64,000 nucleotides of DNA from assembly GCA_964464605.1 (NCBI GenBank), contig CAYXJN010000006.1, forward strand, positions 1 to 64,000, written 5' to 3'. This document shows, piece after piece, positions 21,878 to 31,428 of the stretch. Positions within the stretch are counted from its first letter, which is position 1; every line of letters starts with the position of its first letter. The stretch is from an uncultured Ignavibacteriales bacterium (lineage in GTDB: Bacteria > Zixibacteria > MSB-5A5 > GN15 > FEB-12). Made by a program: the position numbers and the translations under genes. The notes under the pieces were generated by a model. It did no database searches, was not told the origin of the DNA, and was given only the letters and a program-made list of their open reading frames with translations.

Positions 21878-22557
21878 TGCCCGCTGCGGAAAAAAAGATT
21901 CTAACCGCAAAGCACATCATTGCTGACCTTGAAAAATTAGCGGACCCGCGGGCGGTCGAAGTTTGGAAAAAAATGGGGATGCCGACTGACAAATATCTCG
22001 GCGTCAATCTTACCAAACTTCGCACTTATGCCAACCGGATGAAAAAGAATCATGCCCTTGTTCTTGATCTGTGGGCGACGGGCGTACACGATGCCCGACT
22101 GCTTGCTACCTTTATTGAAAAGACAGGTGAGGCCACCGAAGAGCAGCTTGATAGCTGGGTAAATGAAGCTGAGTTTTTTGATTTAACCGATAAAATCGCG
22201 CAAAATATTGTTCCACGTACCCTATTTGCCGGATCGCTTATGAAAAAATGGCTTAAAAGCAAGAAGGAGTATGTGCGCCGCACCGGCTGGATGACTGTTT
22301 CTTTCTGGGGTTGTCAAACCAATGAATTGTCTGAAGATGAATTATCGTACTATCTTGGAAAAATAGAAAAAGAGATTCATGCCGAGCAGAACTGGGTGAA
22401 AGAAGCGATGAATATGACGCTTATAAATATTGGCGGTCGAAGCAAAGCACTCAATTCTCAGGCACGGCAGACAGTCAAACGGATCGGAAAAATTGATGTC
22501 AACTACGGCGACACCTCCTGCAAACTCCCCGATGCAATGGCGTATTTAAGTCGGTAA
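21877..22557 (+). CDS. DNA alkylation repair protein (AlkD-like HEAT repeat)
   Basis: GV....LR, LWATG..DARLLA, W..S..EYVRR.GW, VKEAMN..L..IG; TGATG overlap with pdxS. Confidence 0.8.
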   Translation: MPAAEKKILTAKHIIADLEKLADPRAVEVWKKMGMPTDKYLGVNLTKLRTYANRMKKNHALVLDLWATGVHDARLLATFIEKTGEATEEQLDSWVNEAEFFDLTDKIAQNIVPRTLFAGSLMKKWLKSKKEYVRRTGWMTVSFWGCQTNELSEDELSYYLGKIEKEIHAEQNWVKEAMNMTLINIGGRSKALNSQARQTVKRIGKIDVNYGDTSCKLPDAMAYLSR

Positions 22558-22609
22558 AGAATTAGCCATCAGGAGTAGAGTTCTTAGCTGTATCTTAAAT
22601 AATATCAAT

Positions 22610-23140
22610 ATGATAGAATTATTCTCGGGGTTCATCGGTGCGATTTTAGGGGCGGGGGTTTCTTTGCTTGCAACTTGGTGGGCTAATAAGCACATATCTA
22701 AAGAAAGATTGAAAGACAGAGAACATGAAACGCGACTTGCTTTAGTCCCCAAGATGTTTGATGCACTGAACTTTGCAAAAGGTGCTGTGGGAGAGTTGAA
22801 TAGATTAAGGTTGGTCTATGGGGACGTAAAGTCAATAAATCACAGTGAGGATGAACATCTTAGAGCAGATAGTCGTTGGAACGATTTTGTCGATTTGAAA
22901 AATAAGGTTGATGCACATTTTCATGAAATTTCTTACTACTTGCCTTCTGATGTGCGAGGAAAGTTTGATGATTTTTCACGTCTTGTGTCTAACAGAATTA
23001 GTGGGCAGCGTGGTGGCATGAACGTTCCGCCTGATATTAGCGCTCAAGATGATAAGCAATTTGTGGAGTTGCGTATCCTTATTGATAGCGTTGCTGAAGA
23101 TTTTACAAATCGGTATAATTTCTACGTTACTGTCAATTAA
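22610..23140 (+). CDS. Hypothetical membrane-anchored protein, AT-richer than its neighbours
   Basis: N-terminal TM segment (GFIGAILGAGVSLLATWW); visibly different codon usage. Confidence 0.6.
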   Translation: MIELFSGFIGAILGAGVSLLATWWANKHISKERLKDREHETRLALVPKMFDALNFAKGAVGELNRLRLVYGDVKSINHSEDEHLRADSRWNDFVDLKNKVDAHFHEISYYLPSDVRGKFDDFSRLVSNRISGQRGGMNVPPDISAQDDKQFVELRILIDSVAEDFTNRYNFYVTVN

Positions 23141-23156
23141 AGCTTGAATCGAGGAA

Positions 23157-23174
23157 CCCACAGCAAGCTGTGGG
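23157..23174. repeat. REP-like perfect hairpin
   Basis: CCCACAGC-AA-GCTGTGGG. Confidence 0.45.
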
Positions 23175-23266
23175 CGACCCATAGCTGGGTCTTTCATGTA
23201 AGCCTGAAATCATTCATACCCAATACAGCGAAATAAGGGGCAGATAGCCCCTCTCCAAAAAACTAT

Positions 23267-23295
23267 TTGACAAATCCGGCCGAAACCTTTAAAAT
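23267..23295 (+). promoter_or_regulatory. Sigma-70 promoter of the leader/ABC exporter operon
   Basis: TTGACA-N17-TAAAAT. Confidence 0.8.
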
Positions 23296-23350
23296 CCGCC
23301 ATCGTAACTGAACCAATAAACCCTGTAACCCGCTTTTAGGAGAGCTTAAG

Positions 23351-23434
23351 ATGATGCCAGTATATTTTGTTTGCACTGCTGCAACGCTGCTTCCGGTCCG
23401 TGGCGGGGAGAGGTCTGTCTATTTCTCTGAATGA
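23351..23434 (+). CDS. Putative 27-aa leader peptide (attenuator uORF)
   Basis: RBS AGGAG at 23338-23342; MMPVYFVCTAATLLPVRGGERSVYFSE*; lies between the promoter and a terminator. Confidence 0.65.
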   Translation: MMPVYFVCTAATLLPVRGGERSVYFSE

Positions 23435-23457
23435 AATAGCTGAAATGTGAAACCTCG

Positions 23458-23490
23458 ACCCGTTGGACCGCAAGTTCGACGGGTTTTTTT
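23458..23490 (+). terminator. Intrinsic terminator (attenuator) in the ABC exporter 5' leader
   Basis: ACCCGTTGGAC-CGCAA-GTTCGACGGGT stem (two G-U pairs) followed by a T run. Confidence 0.75.
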
Positions 23491-23563
23491 ATGCCTGTCG
23501 TTCGAAATGATTGACTTTGACCTAAAAAAAATGGCATGAACACAAAGAGAAAATGAGACTGAT

Positions 23564-25375
23564 ATGACTGGTTTATATGATGATGAAAAAGTAACGGCCG
23601 AAGAGAAAGCGATAAGCGCCAAAGTCGCCTTTGCAAGCCTCTGGCCGCATTTCGCCCGACATAAAGGGAAGCTGCTGTATTGCCTTACCCTGCTATTGAT
23701 CGTCACCGGACTTTCGATCTGGTGGCCGATTTTGGTGCAGCGCGGCTTAGACAGCAATATCAAGAACAGTGATCTGAAGGGGTTGCTCATCACTGTCGGT
23801 TTGATCGCAATCATGCAGGTGATCGTGTTGATTCTGCAGTATGTACAGCGCATCAAAATCGAAGAGGTCGGGCAGGATGTCATGCTCGTTTTACGGCAGG
23901 GATTGTTCAATCATCTCTTGTCCTTGGACAGCGACTATTTTGGGAAACATCCGGTCGGACGGTTAATGGCGCGCGTGGAGTCTGACACAGAAGCATTGCG
24001 GACATTTTTTACCAATACCGCGCTGATTTTGATCGGTGATTTCCTTTTGATTGCAGGTATTGTCACTGCCATGTTCGTATATAGCTGGAAACTGACCTTA
24101 GTGGTTGGCGCAGTCGTACCGGTTATTCTGACAATTACCTATATCTATGAACGGCTGACTACGCCGCGCTTTTTGGCTATTCGCAAGAATATGGCGGAAG
24201 TGACCGCGACATTGACTGAGTTTTTACAGGGGATGTCGATCGTGCAGATATTCAATCGCGGTGATTATGCCCGCGGTCGAGTGTGGGAGGCATCACGCAA
24301 AAAATTCCGGAACGATGCCTTCGCGCATATCGGCGTTACCGCCTATTTCAATGTCGTGTTTTTCTTTGAGCAGCTGGCTATCGGTCTTGCGTTGTATTTC
24401 GCCGGAAACTGGATTGCCGCCGGAGAGATGACGGTCGGAACCTTTTCACTCTTCATGATTTTTATCTGGAAGGCATTCGAGCCGATCTGGCGCGCTTCGG
24501 AACAGTTGTCGCAAATCCAGCGGGCAATCGCGGGTGCAAAACGGGTCTATGCGCTGTTCGGCGAAAAATCGAAACTGCCTGATCCTGAAGAACCGGTAAA
24601 GCTGGAACGGATCACCAAAGGGATTCGGTTCGAGAACGTCTGGTTCTCATACACTGAAGATGAAAACTGGGTGCTCAAGGATGCGACCTTCGATGTTCCG
24701 GTTGGAAAGCGAATCGCCCTTGCCGGTGTAACCGGTGGTGGAAAGTCGACTGTGATTGCGCTTTTGCTTCGTTTGTATGAACCGCAGCGTGGGACGATTA
24801 CGATTGATGGCATCGACATACGTAACTTTTCCAAAGCGGATCTGCGCCGTCACTTTGCCTTGGTGTTGCAGGATATCTTCCTGTTCCCTGACACGGTGCG
24901 CGCGAATATCGCGCTTGAATCGACGCATCTGACGGATGACGACATTATCGCCGCTGCGAAAACGGTGGAGGCGCATCGCTTTATCGAGCGGTTGCCGGAT
25001 GGCTATAAAACAATGGTCTCTGAAAAGGGATCGAATTTCAGCCGGGGAGAGCGGCAGTTGTTGTCCTTTGCCCGCGCTTTAGTGCGGAATCCGGAAGTGC
25101 TGTTGTTGGATGAAGCGACGTCATCGGTCGATCCGGCTACGGAACGGCTGATTCAAAATTCGCTCAAGAAACTGATGGAAGGCCGCACCGCGATAATTAT
25201 CGCGCACCGGTTATCCACGATTCTTGATGTCGATCAGATTTTAGTGATTCGCCGCGGCGAAATTGTCGAGCGCGGCACTCACAGTGAACTGCTTTTGCTG
25301 GACGGCTACTATGCGAAGCTGTTCCACTTGCAGTTCAAACATTTGGTGAAAGCAGAAACTACTCATGTCGGATAA
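23564..25375 (+). CDS. Heterodimeric ABC exporter half-transporter (MdlB/BmrD-like)
   Basis: TMD plus NBD: GVTGGGKS, FSRGERQ, LLLDE, IAH. Confidence 0.93.
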   Translation: MTGLYDDEKVTAEEKAISAKVAFASLWPHFARHKGKLLYCLTLLLIVTGLSIWWPILVQRGLDSNIKNSDLKGLLITVGLIAIMQVIVLILQYVQRIKIEEVGQDVMLVLRQGLFNHLLSLDSDYFGKHPVGRLMARVESDTEALRTFFTNTALILIGDFLLIAGIVTAMFVYSWKLTLVVGAVVPVILTITYIYERLTTPRFLAIRKNMAEVTATLTEFLQGMSIVQIFNRGDYARGRVWEASRKKFRNDAFAHIGVTAYFNVVFFFEQLAIGLALYFAGNWIAAGEMTVGTFSLFMIFIWKAFEPIWRASEQLSQIQRAIAGAKRVYALFGEKSKLPDPEEPVKLERITKGIRFENVWFSYTEDENWVLKDATFDVPVGKRIALAGVTGGGKSTVIALLLRLYEPQRGTITIDGIDIRNFSKADLRRHFALVLQDIFLFPDTVRANIALESTHLTDDDIIAAAKTVEAHRFIERLPDGYKTMVSEKGSNFSRGERQLLSFARALVRNPEVLLLDEATSSVDPATERLIQNSLKKLMEGRTAIIIAHRLSTILDVDQILVIRRGEIVERGTHSELLLLDGYYAKLFHLQFKHLVKAETTHVG

Positions 25376-27158
25376 AATAAAATATCTGTGGACCCATTAT
25401 CGCGGCCACTGGTACGTGCTGTCGGTGCTCATTTTTATGACGCCGATACAAACCGTATTTAAGGTGACGGTTCCGCGGTTGATTGAGTTCGTTATCGACT
25501 TCGTGAAAACAGGTCAGGTGCCGGCCAATGAAATGGCGCAATGGCTGAATGTCATGGGTGCGGCTTTCGGATTTTCGACGATTGAAACGTTCGCCTGGTC
25601 GTTTATCATTCTTGCACTGGTCTCATCGGCTATGTACGCCTTTTTCCAGTGCCATCGAGCCTGGATGAACTGTCGGTTGGAATGGTCGTTCCGTCAGGGC
25701 GCGTTCGACAAGCTCACCGAAAAAGGTCCGAACTTTTTTAACAAGTTCAGAACCGGCGATATTATTACGCGCTTGACCGATGACGTGGCCGACAAACTTT
25801 CCTGGTTTGCCTGCTCGGGAATTTTCCGCTTCTATGAAGCATTGATCGTCGTCCTGTTCACGGTAGCGATGATGGTCGCGATTGACCCCTGGCTGACGCT
25901 TTGGTCGGCGGGGCCGCTGCCGATTTTGATTCTTATCTTTTTCAAAAGCGCATCAACGCTGGATAAGCGGTATGACGCGCTGCAAGGGAAGATATCGGCA
26001 GTAAGCGATATCAAAGAAGCGAGTTTTTCCGGTATCCGGGTGGTGAAAGCCTATGTTCAGGAACATGCGCAAAAAGTGAAGTTTCTGGCAGCGGCCAAAA
26101 ACCGACGGGATGCGGAAATCGAAGCTATCAAATCGACGATGATTGTCGAATCTTTGTACCAATACGTCTGGCAATTCGGCATTTTAATTGTACTGTTGGC
26201 CGGCGGTTATCGCGTCGTGGAAGGAACGCTGAGTTTGGGCAGCTTGGTAGTATTTATCTACTACGTTGGCAACTTGGTATTCCCGATGTTCGATATCGGA
26301 CAGTTTTTAGTTAAGTCACGGCAGTCTGCCGTGTCGATCGATCGTTTGAGTGAACTCGAAAAGTTTCCGGCAATGGTCACAGACAATGGTCATGCTAACG
26401 GTTCGGTGCCGAGTACCACAGAAATTCGGTTCGACCGGGTCAGTTTCGGTTTTGACGGCAGCGATCGGAAGATTGTCGATGAAGTATCGTTGTCGGTCAA
26501 GCCGGGACAAACAGTTGCAGTGGTCGGCAAAGTCGGCGCCGGAAAGAGCTGGTTGGTGAATTTGATACCGAGGCTGGTAGATCCAAAAGCCGGTTCAGTT
26601 ACTATCGATGGTCAGGATATTCGGGAAATGCGTCTTGCGCAGATTCGCGGATTGGTCGGCTATGTGCCGCAGGAGCCGGTTTTGTTCAGCGACACGGTGA
26701 GGAATAATATCCTGTTCGGGCGAGGCAATATCTCGGATGCATCGGTCGATTGGGCAATTGAGGTGTCGCAGTTGAAAGAGGATATTGATACGTTCCCGAA
26801 AGGGCTGAACACGCCTATCGGGACGCACGGTATGTCGATTTCCGGCGGCCAAAAACAGCGGCTTGCATTGGCCAGAGCACTGGTCAGTCAGCCGAGGATT
26901 TTGATACTGGACGACTGTACATCGGCTCTTGATTCCCGCACTGAGGCGAAACTCTGGGAACGGCTGCACGAGGTTATGCCGGGTATGACGGCTATTTTAA
27001 TCACCCATCGCCCAGATACGCTGGAGCGGGTAGACCGGATATTTGTGCTGGAAGATGGCCGAATCACCGAATCCGGTACCCATGCCGAGCTGATGGCCTC
27101 AGACGGTCATTATGCCGATATGTACAAGCGGTACCGCCTCGAAGAGGAAGTCAGCTAA
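25365..27158 (+). CDS. Heterodimeric ABC exporter half-transporter (MdlA/BmrC-like, degenerate Walker B)
   Basis: GKVGAGKS, ISGGQKQ, ILDD (catalytic Glu replaced by Asp), ITH. Confidence 0.93.
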   Translation: MSDKIKYLWTHYRGHWYVLSVLIFMTPIQTVFKVTVPRLIEFVIDFVKTGQVPANEMAQWLNVMGAAFGFSTIETFAWSFIILALVSSAMYAFFQCHRAWMNCRLEWSFRQGAFDKLTEKGPNFFNKFRTGDIITRLTDDVADKLSWFACSGIFRFYEALIVVLFTVAMMVAIDPWLTLWSAGPLPILILIFFKSASTLDKRYDALQGKISAVSDIKEASFSGIRVVKAYVQEHAQKVKFLAAAKNRRDAEIEAIKSTMIVESLYQYVWQFGILIVLLAGGYRVVEGTLSLGSLVVFIYYVGNLVFPMFDIGQFLVKSRQSAVSIDRLSELEKFPAMVTDNGHANGSVPSTTEIRFDRVSFGFDGSDRKIVDEVSLSVKPGQTVAVVGKVGAGKSWLVNLIPRLVDPKAGSVTIDGQDIREMRLAQIRGLVGYVPQEPVLFSDTVRNNILFGRGNISDASVDWAIEVSQLKEDIDTFPKGLNTPIGTHGMSISGGQKQRLALARALVSQPRILILDDCTSALDSRTEAKLWERLHEVMPGMTAILITHRPDTLERVDRIFVLEDGRITESGTHAELMASDGHYADMYKRYRLEEEVS

Positions 27159-27179
27159 GCCATTCTTACTAGTAATTTT

Positions 27180-27215
27180 GCCCCGCTCAAGCCAGTTTTG
27201 AGCGGGGCTTTTTTT
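27180..27215 (+). terminator. Intrinsic terminator
   Basis: GCCCCGCTCAA...TTGAGCGGGGC followed by T7. Confidence 0.85.
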
Positions 27216-27236
27216 CGGTAAAAAGCCTCAACCAAA

Positions 27237-28358
27237 TTGCCGGTGGTGTGTACAAAAGGCATGGAAAGATTGGGAATGATTCGGTCTGCAGTTTGGGCAG
27301 AACCGCAGGTAACCGTACAGAATTCACAGGAAGTAGAATCAGAGCCGCAAGGCGTTCCGGTGCGCAAAGTAACCGTACCAATGGCGTTTTCTGGCGGAGG
27401 CAAGCAGGGGTTCAATCGTGCATTGCTCGATAAGCTGTTTGCCGCGTTCACTGAATCCGGTATGCGGACGGAACAGGTACCGAGCAAATTAACCATTCGC
27501 TCGCTCAAACAGATGGCGCAGTCGATTCGCACGTCCGAGTCTGTTTACCTTCCGTTTCTTACTATTGCCTACCCATCCGTAGCTATTACGTGCGCTGCCG
27601 TGTTAGGGCGCTTTTACAAAAAGCCGGTCATAATCCATCTGATAAATCAGGAGTATTCACGCCGTTCCTTTACCGGACGGTTCCGTCTGATGCTTTTCAA
27701 GCAGATGGCGGATAGGGTGATTTTTACCACGTCAGAACGGAATGGCACGCTGATCGATAAAGAAATCTCCGCTGATTTTATCGCACCGGTTACCGAACAG
27801 ACGGGTAAAGAAAAAGAGCTGCAGCCGCGAATTGCGGTACTTTTGGAAAAAGAATCACTTCCTGCACTGGTGGTCGTGGTAAAAGCATTTGCTGCCGTGA
27901 AGCAAAAATACCCGCGTGCAGAATTAGTGCTGTTGTATGATCCGCATGACAAGCTGGCGGTAGCAACGGTGGAAGAACATGCTAATACTCCTGGCATCCT
28001 GCTTGTTGAATCATCAACATGTTTGTCTTTGTCGGATACGCCGGTATCTGCTGATATGGTGCTTGATTTCACTGCCTTAAGCGGTGACCGCACCGCACTG
28101 TTGACCGCATTAGCCGAAGGAATTTCGGTCATATCATTTCAATCGCCGGATTCAATGCCGATTGTTACCGACAATGTCGAAGGCGCAGTTACCCTGCGGC
28201 TGGATCGCTCATTTTTAGCCGGTCGGATTATCCGGATGATCGAACATCCGGAAACCGCGGCCGCAATGTCGCGCGAGGCGATTCGCCTGGCGCGCCGGTT
28301 TTCACCTTCTCATTTTGCCCAATCGTACCGAAATGTAATCGGCTCCATCCGCGCTTAG
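27237..28358 (+). CDS. Divergent GT-B (GT4-like) glycosyltransferase; start uncertain
   Basis: C-terminal KAFAAVKQKYP.AELVL, ALAEG.SVI, IV.D..G, LA..I...E.PE...MS..A pattern; motifs degenerate. Confidence 0.6.
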   Translation: MPVVCTKGMERLGMIRSAVWAEPQVTVQNSQEVESEPQGVPVRKVTVPMAFSGGGKQGFNRALLDKLFAAFTESGMRTEQVPSKLTIRSLKQMAQSIRTSESVYLPFLTIAYPSVAITCAAVLGRFYKKPVIIHLINQEYSRRSFTGRFRLMLFKQMADRVIFTTSERNGTLIDKEISADFIAPVTEQTGKEKELQPRIAVLLEKESLPALVVVVKAFAAVKQKYPRAELVLLYDPHDKLAVATVEEHANTPGILLVESSTCLSLSDTPVSADMVLDFTALSGDRTALLTALAEGISVISFQSPDSMPIVTDNVEGAVTLRLDRSFLAGRIIRMIEHPETAAAMSREAIRLARRFSPSHFAQSYRNVIGSIRA

Positions 28359-28434
28359 TATCTTTTCTCCCACAGTTTAATCACCGTAAAAACTTGTCCG
28401 CTTATCGCCCCGGCGATATACTCACCGGCAACGA

Positions 28435-29469
28435 ATGAATACTTTTGCAAGAACAGACTCACCGTATTTAGTCGCCGTCGGTATGCCGGTGCTGAACGAG
28501 GCCCGGTATATCGGTCAGACGCTTGCGCAATTACTCGAGCAGGACTTTCCGATGGAGAAAGTGGAAGTAGTTATCGGCGATGGCGGCTCTACCGATGGAA
28601 CTCGTGAAATTGTCGAAACATTTCAGGGAAAATTCGGATCGCTCAAAATTGCTGATAACGTCGCGAGGCTGCCGTCGAGCGGCAGAAATGTCGGCGTGAA
28701 GCATACCACTGCGCCCTATTTTCTCGTGCTGGATGGGCACTGCTACATTCCGAATCGGAAACTCTTACAACAGATGGTCGAGATATTCGAACGCACCAAA
28801 GCGGATTGTTTGTGTCGTCCGCAGCCGTTGAACCCGCCGGATATTTCCGAATTTCAAACGGCGGTCGCACTCTGTCGTGATTCGGCGTTGGGGCACAAGC
28901 CGGGATCAGAGATATACGCGAACTATGAAGCGGAGGTTGACCCGACCTCATCTGGTGCGATGTACCGCCGTTCCGTGTTTTCAGAGATCGGTTATTTCGA
29001 TGAACGCTTCGATGCCTGCGAGGACGTTGATTTCAATTTCCGGGTTCGTCAGGCAGGATTGCGGGCGTATTTGTCCCCGAAGCTGGCGATTTTGTATTAC
29101 CCGCGCGAAAACATTCGCGGGTTGTGGCGGCAGATGGGTCGCTATGGCCGGGGGAGATACAAGTTCGCGAAAAAGCATAATGAATTTTCACTCATCCAAT
29201 GGTTCTCAGGCGCAGTGGTAGCCGGGTTTGTCCTGTTTGCGTTTTTGTCATTTTTCTCAGAAACGATTCTAACGCTCTTTCTATTGGCGACCGGCAGCTA
29301 CTTGCTATTGGTCATACTTTTTTCGACCCATGTAGCGATGAGCAAAGGAAGAATGAGTCTAATCAGATACGGCCCGTTTATATATCCGACCATTCATTTC
29401 GGGCTTGGCTATGGGTTTTTGAAGGGGTTATGTGAGGATATTTTCGGCGGTTCCCGCTCTTCAAAGTGA
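28435..29469 (+). CDS. GT2 glycosyltransferase (ExoA-like) with C-terminal TM helices
   Basis: MPVLNE, DGGSTDGT, LDGH, FDERF..CED. Confidence 0.9.
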   Translation: MNTFARTDSPYLVAVGMPVLNEARYIGQTLAQLLEQDFPMEKVEVVIGDGGSTDGTREIVETFQGKFGSLKIADNVARLPSSGRNVGVKHTTAPYFLVLDGHCYIPNRKLLQQMVEIFERTKADCLCRPQPLNPPDISEFQTAVALCRDSALGHKPGSEIYANYEAEVDPTSSGAMYRRSVFSEIGYFDERFDACEDVDFNFRVRQAGLRAYLSPKLAILYYPRENIRGLWRQMGRYGRGRYKFAKKHNEFSLIQWFSGAVVAGFVLFAFLSFFSETILTLFLLATGSYLLLVILFSTHVAMSKGRMSLIRYGPFIYPTIHFGLGYGFLKGLCEDIFGGSRSSK

Positions 29470-29503
29470 TTGCTGATTAGACCTGCTCAGGCTACTTTAC
29501 CCC

Positions 29504-30736
29504 ATGCCTTCTTCCTTTAGCCATAGCGCACTTGAAACATACGCCCAGTGCCCGCGCAAATACGCCTTTCAATACATAGAAAAACCGGACGTTGTTAAGG
29601 CCACGACGGTCAACGCTGCGTTAGGGCGCGTTGTGCACTCGGTTTTGGAACGATTGTACACCCACGCCCGTGACGGGAAGGTGCTCACCGAACAGGAGAT
29701 GCTTGCGGCGTATCATGACGCATGGCGGTCGTACCGTGATTTGTCGAGCTTGGTTATCAAAGATTCGTTCAACGGCATGGATGATTTTATCCGCTTCGGG
29801 GAAACGGCGCTTCGGGATTATCATGCATCGTTTCAACCTTTTCAGGATGGAACCCTGCTTGGTTCGGAGATGCGGCTTTCGTTTTTGCTCCCCGGTTCTT
29901 CGTATCGGTGCAGCGTGATTATCGACCGGTTGTGGAAACGACCGGATGGTGTCGTGGAGATTTGGGATTACAAAACGACCACGCATTTGCCGCAAATGAA
30001 TGACCCGACTTTTCTGCATCAGATGGGGTTGTATCAACTAGCAGTTAAAGAGCAATTCCCCCAGTTTGAACGAATCGAGTTAGTGCAATACTTTTTGCGC
30101 TTGAAAGAGGCGGTACGGCGAGTACTGACGCCGGATGAGCTTGATGAAATCGCCGAGCAGATTCGTTCGGAAATCGGTGAGGTTCGTCACGCAACGAGTT
30201 TATCTTCGTTTCCCGTAAAAGAAAATGCGCTATGCAATTGGTGCGATTATTTTGCGCTTTGTCCTGCAAAACGTCATGCGCGGATTTTGGAAGATGAAGA
30301 AGATATCACCCAAAAACCGCTTGCTGAGCGGGTGGCGGAATTGGCCGAACAGTACATTCAGATGCAGAAGAAAGAAAAAGAAGCGGGTGCCGAACTTGAA
30401 CGACTCAAAGGGGAAATTGTAGAAGCGGCCGCGGAGTTAAACGCTACCAGTATCAAAGCGGTATCGGGCAATGTGAATATCTCGCAGGCGATTAAGCAGA
30501 AGTTTTTGACCAAAACAGAGGATCCAGATGCCTTTGCGCAGTTAAATGAGTTAGCGCGTGAATTAGGATGGAATGACTATTTGAAATTAGATACCAACGC
30601 GGCGATGAAAGATTTGTATGTCAAAGGACGGCTTTCACCGGAAGTGGTCGAGCGGTTAGCCCCATTTGTTCGGGTGCAGGAAGAGACACGGGTAACGGTG
30701 ACGAAAAAGAAATCGAAAGATGACGAAGACGAATAA
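29504..30736 (+). CDS. PD-(D/E)XK RecB-family nuclease with Fe-S cysteines
   Basis: S.SAL.TY..CP..Y, G..VH..LE, IDRL, DYKT, Q..LY, CNWC.....C. Confidence 0.85.
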   Translation: MPSSFSHSALETYAQCPRKYAFQYIEKPDVVKATTVNAALGRVVHSVLERLYTHARDGKVLTEQEMLAAYHDAWRSYRDLSSLVIKDSFNGMDDFIRFGETALRDYHASFQPFQDGTLLGSEMRLSFLLPGSSYRCSVIIDRLWKRPDGVVEIWDYKTTTHLPQMNDPTFLHQMGLYQLAVKEQFPQFERIELVQYFLRLKEAVRRVLTPDELDEIAEQIRSEIGEVRHATSLSSFPVKENALCNWCDYFALCPAKRHARILEDEEDITQKPLAERVAELAEQYIQMQKKEKEAGAELERLKGEIVEAAAELNATSIKAVSGNVNISQAIKQKFLTKTEDPDAFAQLNELARELGWNDYLKLDTNAAMKDLYVKGRLSPEVVERLAPFVRVQEETRVTVTKKKSKDDEDE

Positions 30737-30768
30737 AAAAGCCTCTGAAACTCAGAGGCTTTTTTATT
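30732..30768. terminator. Bidirectional intrinsic terminator
   Basis: A6-GCCTCTGA-AAC-TCAGAGGC-T6 between convergent genes. Confidence 0.85.
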
Positions 30769-30796
30769 CGTCAGCTGTTCTGCTAACTACGTTTCA

Positions 30797-31372
30797 TCAT
30801 TTGCGAATGATAAAGGATGGGGTGATGGTCAATTTTGTGACCATGTCGGCGGTAATCGCTTCCCCTTCTTTCAAATTCAAATTACTGAAATCACCGACAG
30901 CCTGCAGCGTGTTGTTCGGATATGAGGTGCAGGTATCGATAACGAGCGGTCCCGGCTTGCCGTCTGCCGCATGCAGGAAGACAGTAACTAAACGACCTGA
31001 ACCGGCATTGAGCGTATTCTTGGTGTTCTGTCCGAGATTAGCGATCATACCGAGCGTAACAACCTGAATGGCTGTGTCGCAGCGGAAGCCTTTAAACGCC
31101 CAGGCTTCGGCGCGTCCACCGGCGAACACGGCCGAATCGGCGATCAGTTTCGCTAAACCGGCGTTGTATTTTAAGGGAACAGATACGGCCTGGAGGGGGT
31201 GCTTGTTGGAGTAATTGATTCCCAAGCTCCATTGCCCCGGTTTGATTTCTGTCAAGTCGACATAGACGGTGTCATTTTTTCCGAATAGCGTATCCGCTAT
31301 CTGAGCCTGTGCGGCCGTTCCCCAAAGGGTAACTACTGCACAAACGGTGAGGAGTTTCAATCGGAGGTTCAT
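30797..31372 (-). CDS. Secreted beta-sandwich protein, cohesin-like
   Basis: Signal peptide; N...L.A..VPLKY...L.ADS..F.G.R and L.AGSG.L.T.F pattern. Confidence 0.5.
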   Translation of the reverse strand: MNLRLKLLTVCAVVTLWGTAAQAQIADTLFGKNDTVYVDLTEIKPGQWSLGINYSNKHPLQAVSVPLKYNAGLAKLIADSAVFAGGRAEAWAFKGFRCDTAIQVVTLGMIANLGQNTKNTLNAGSGRLVTVFLHAADGKPGPLVIDTCTSYPNNTLQAVGDFSNLNLKEGEAITADMVTKLTITPSFIIRK

Positions 31373-31428
31373 GGTCTTAATTGTCCTTACTCTATTGGTA
31401 GAAATTCGTTTCCTATTTATTGTACAGC

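Noticed and set aside
29504..30736. Cas4 / CRISPR locus
   Set aside because: Related fold, but no cas genes or array in the window.
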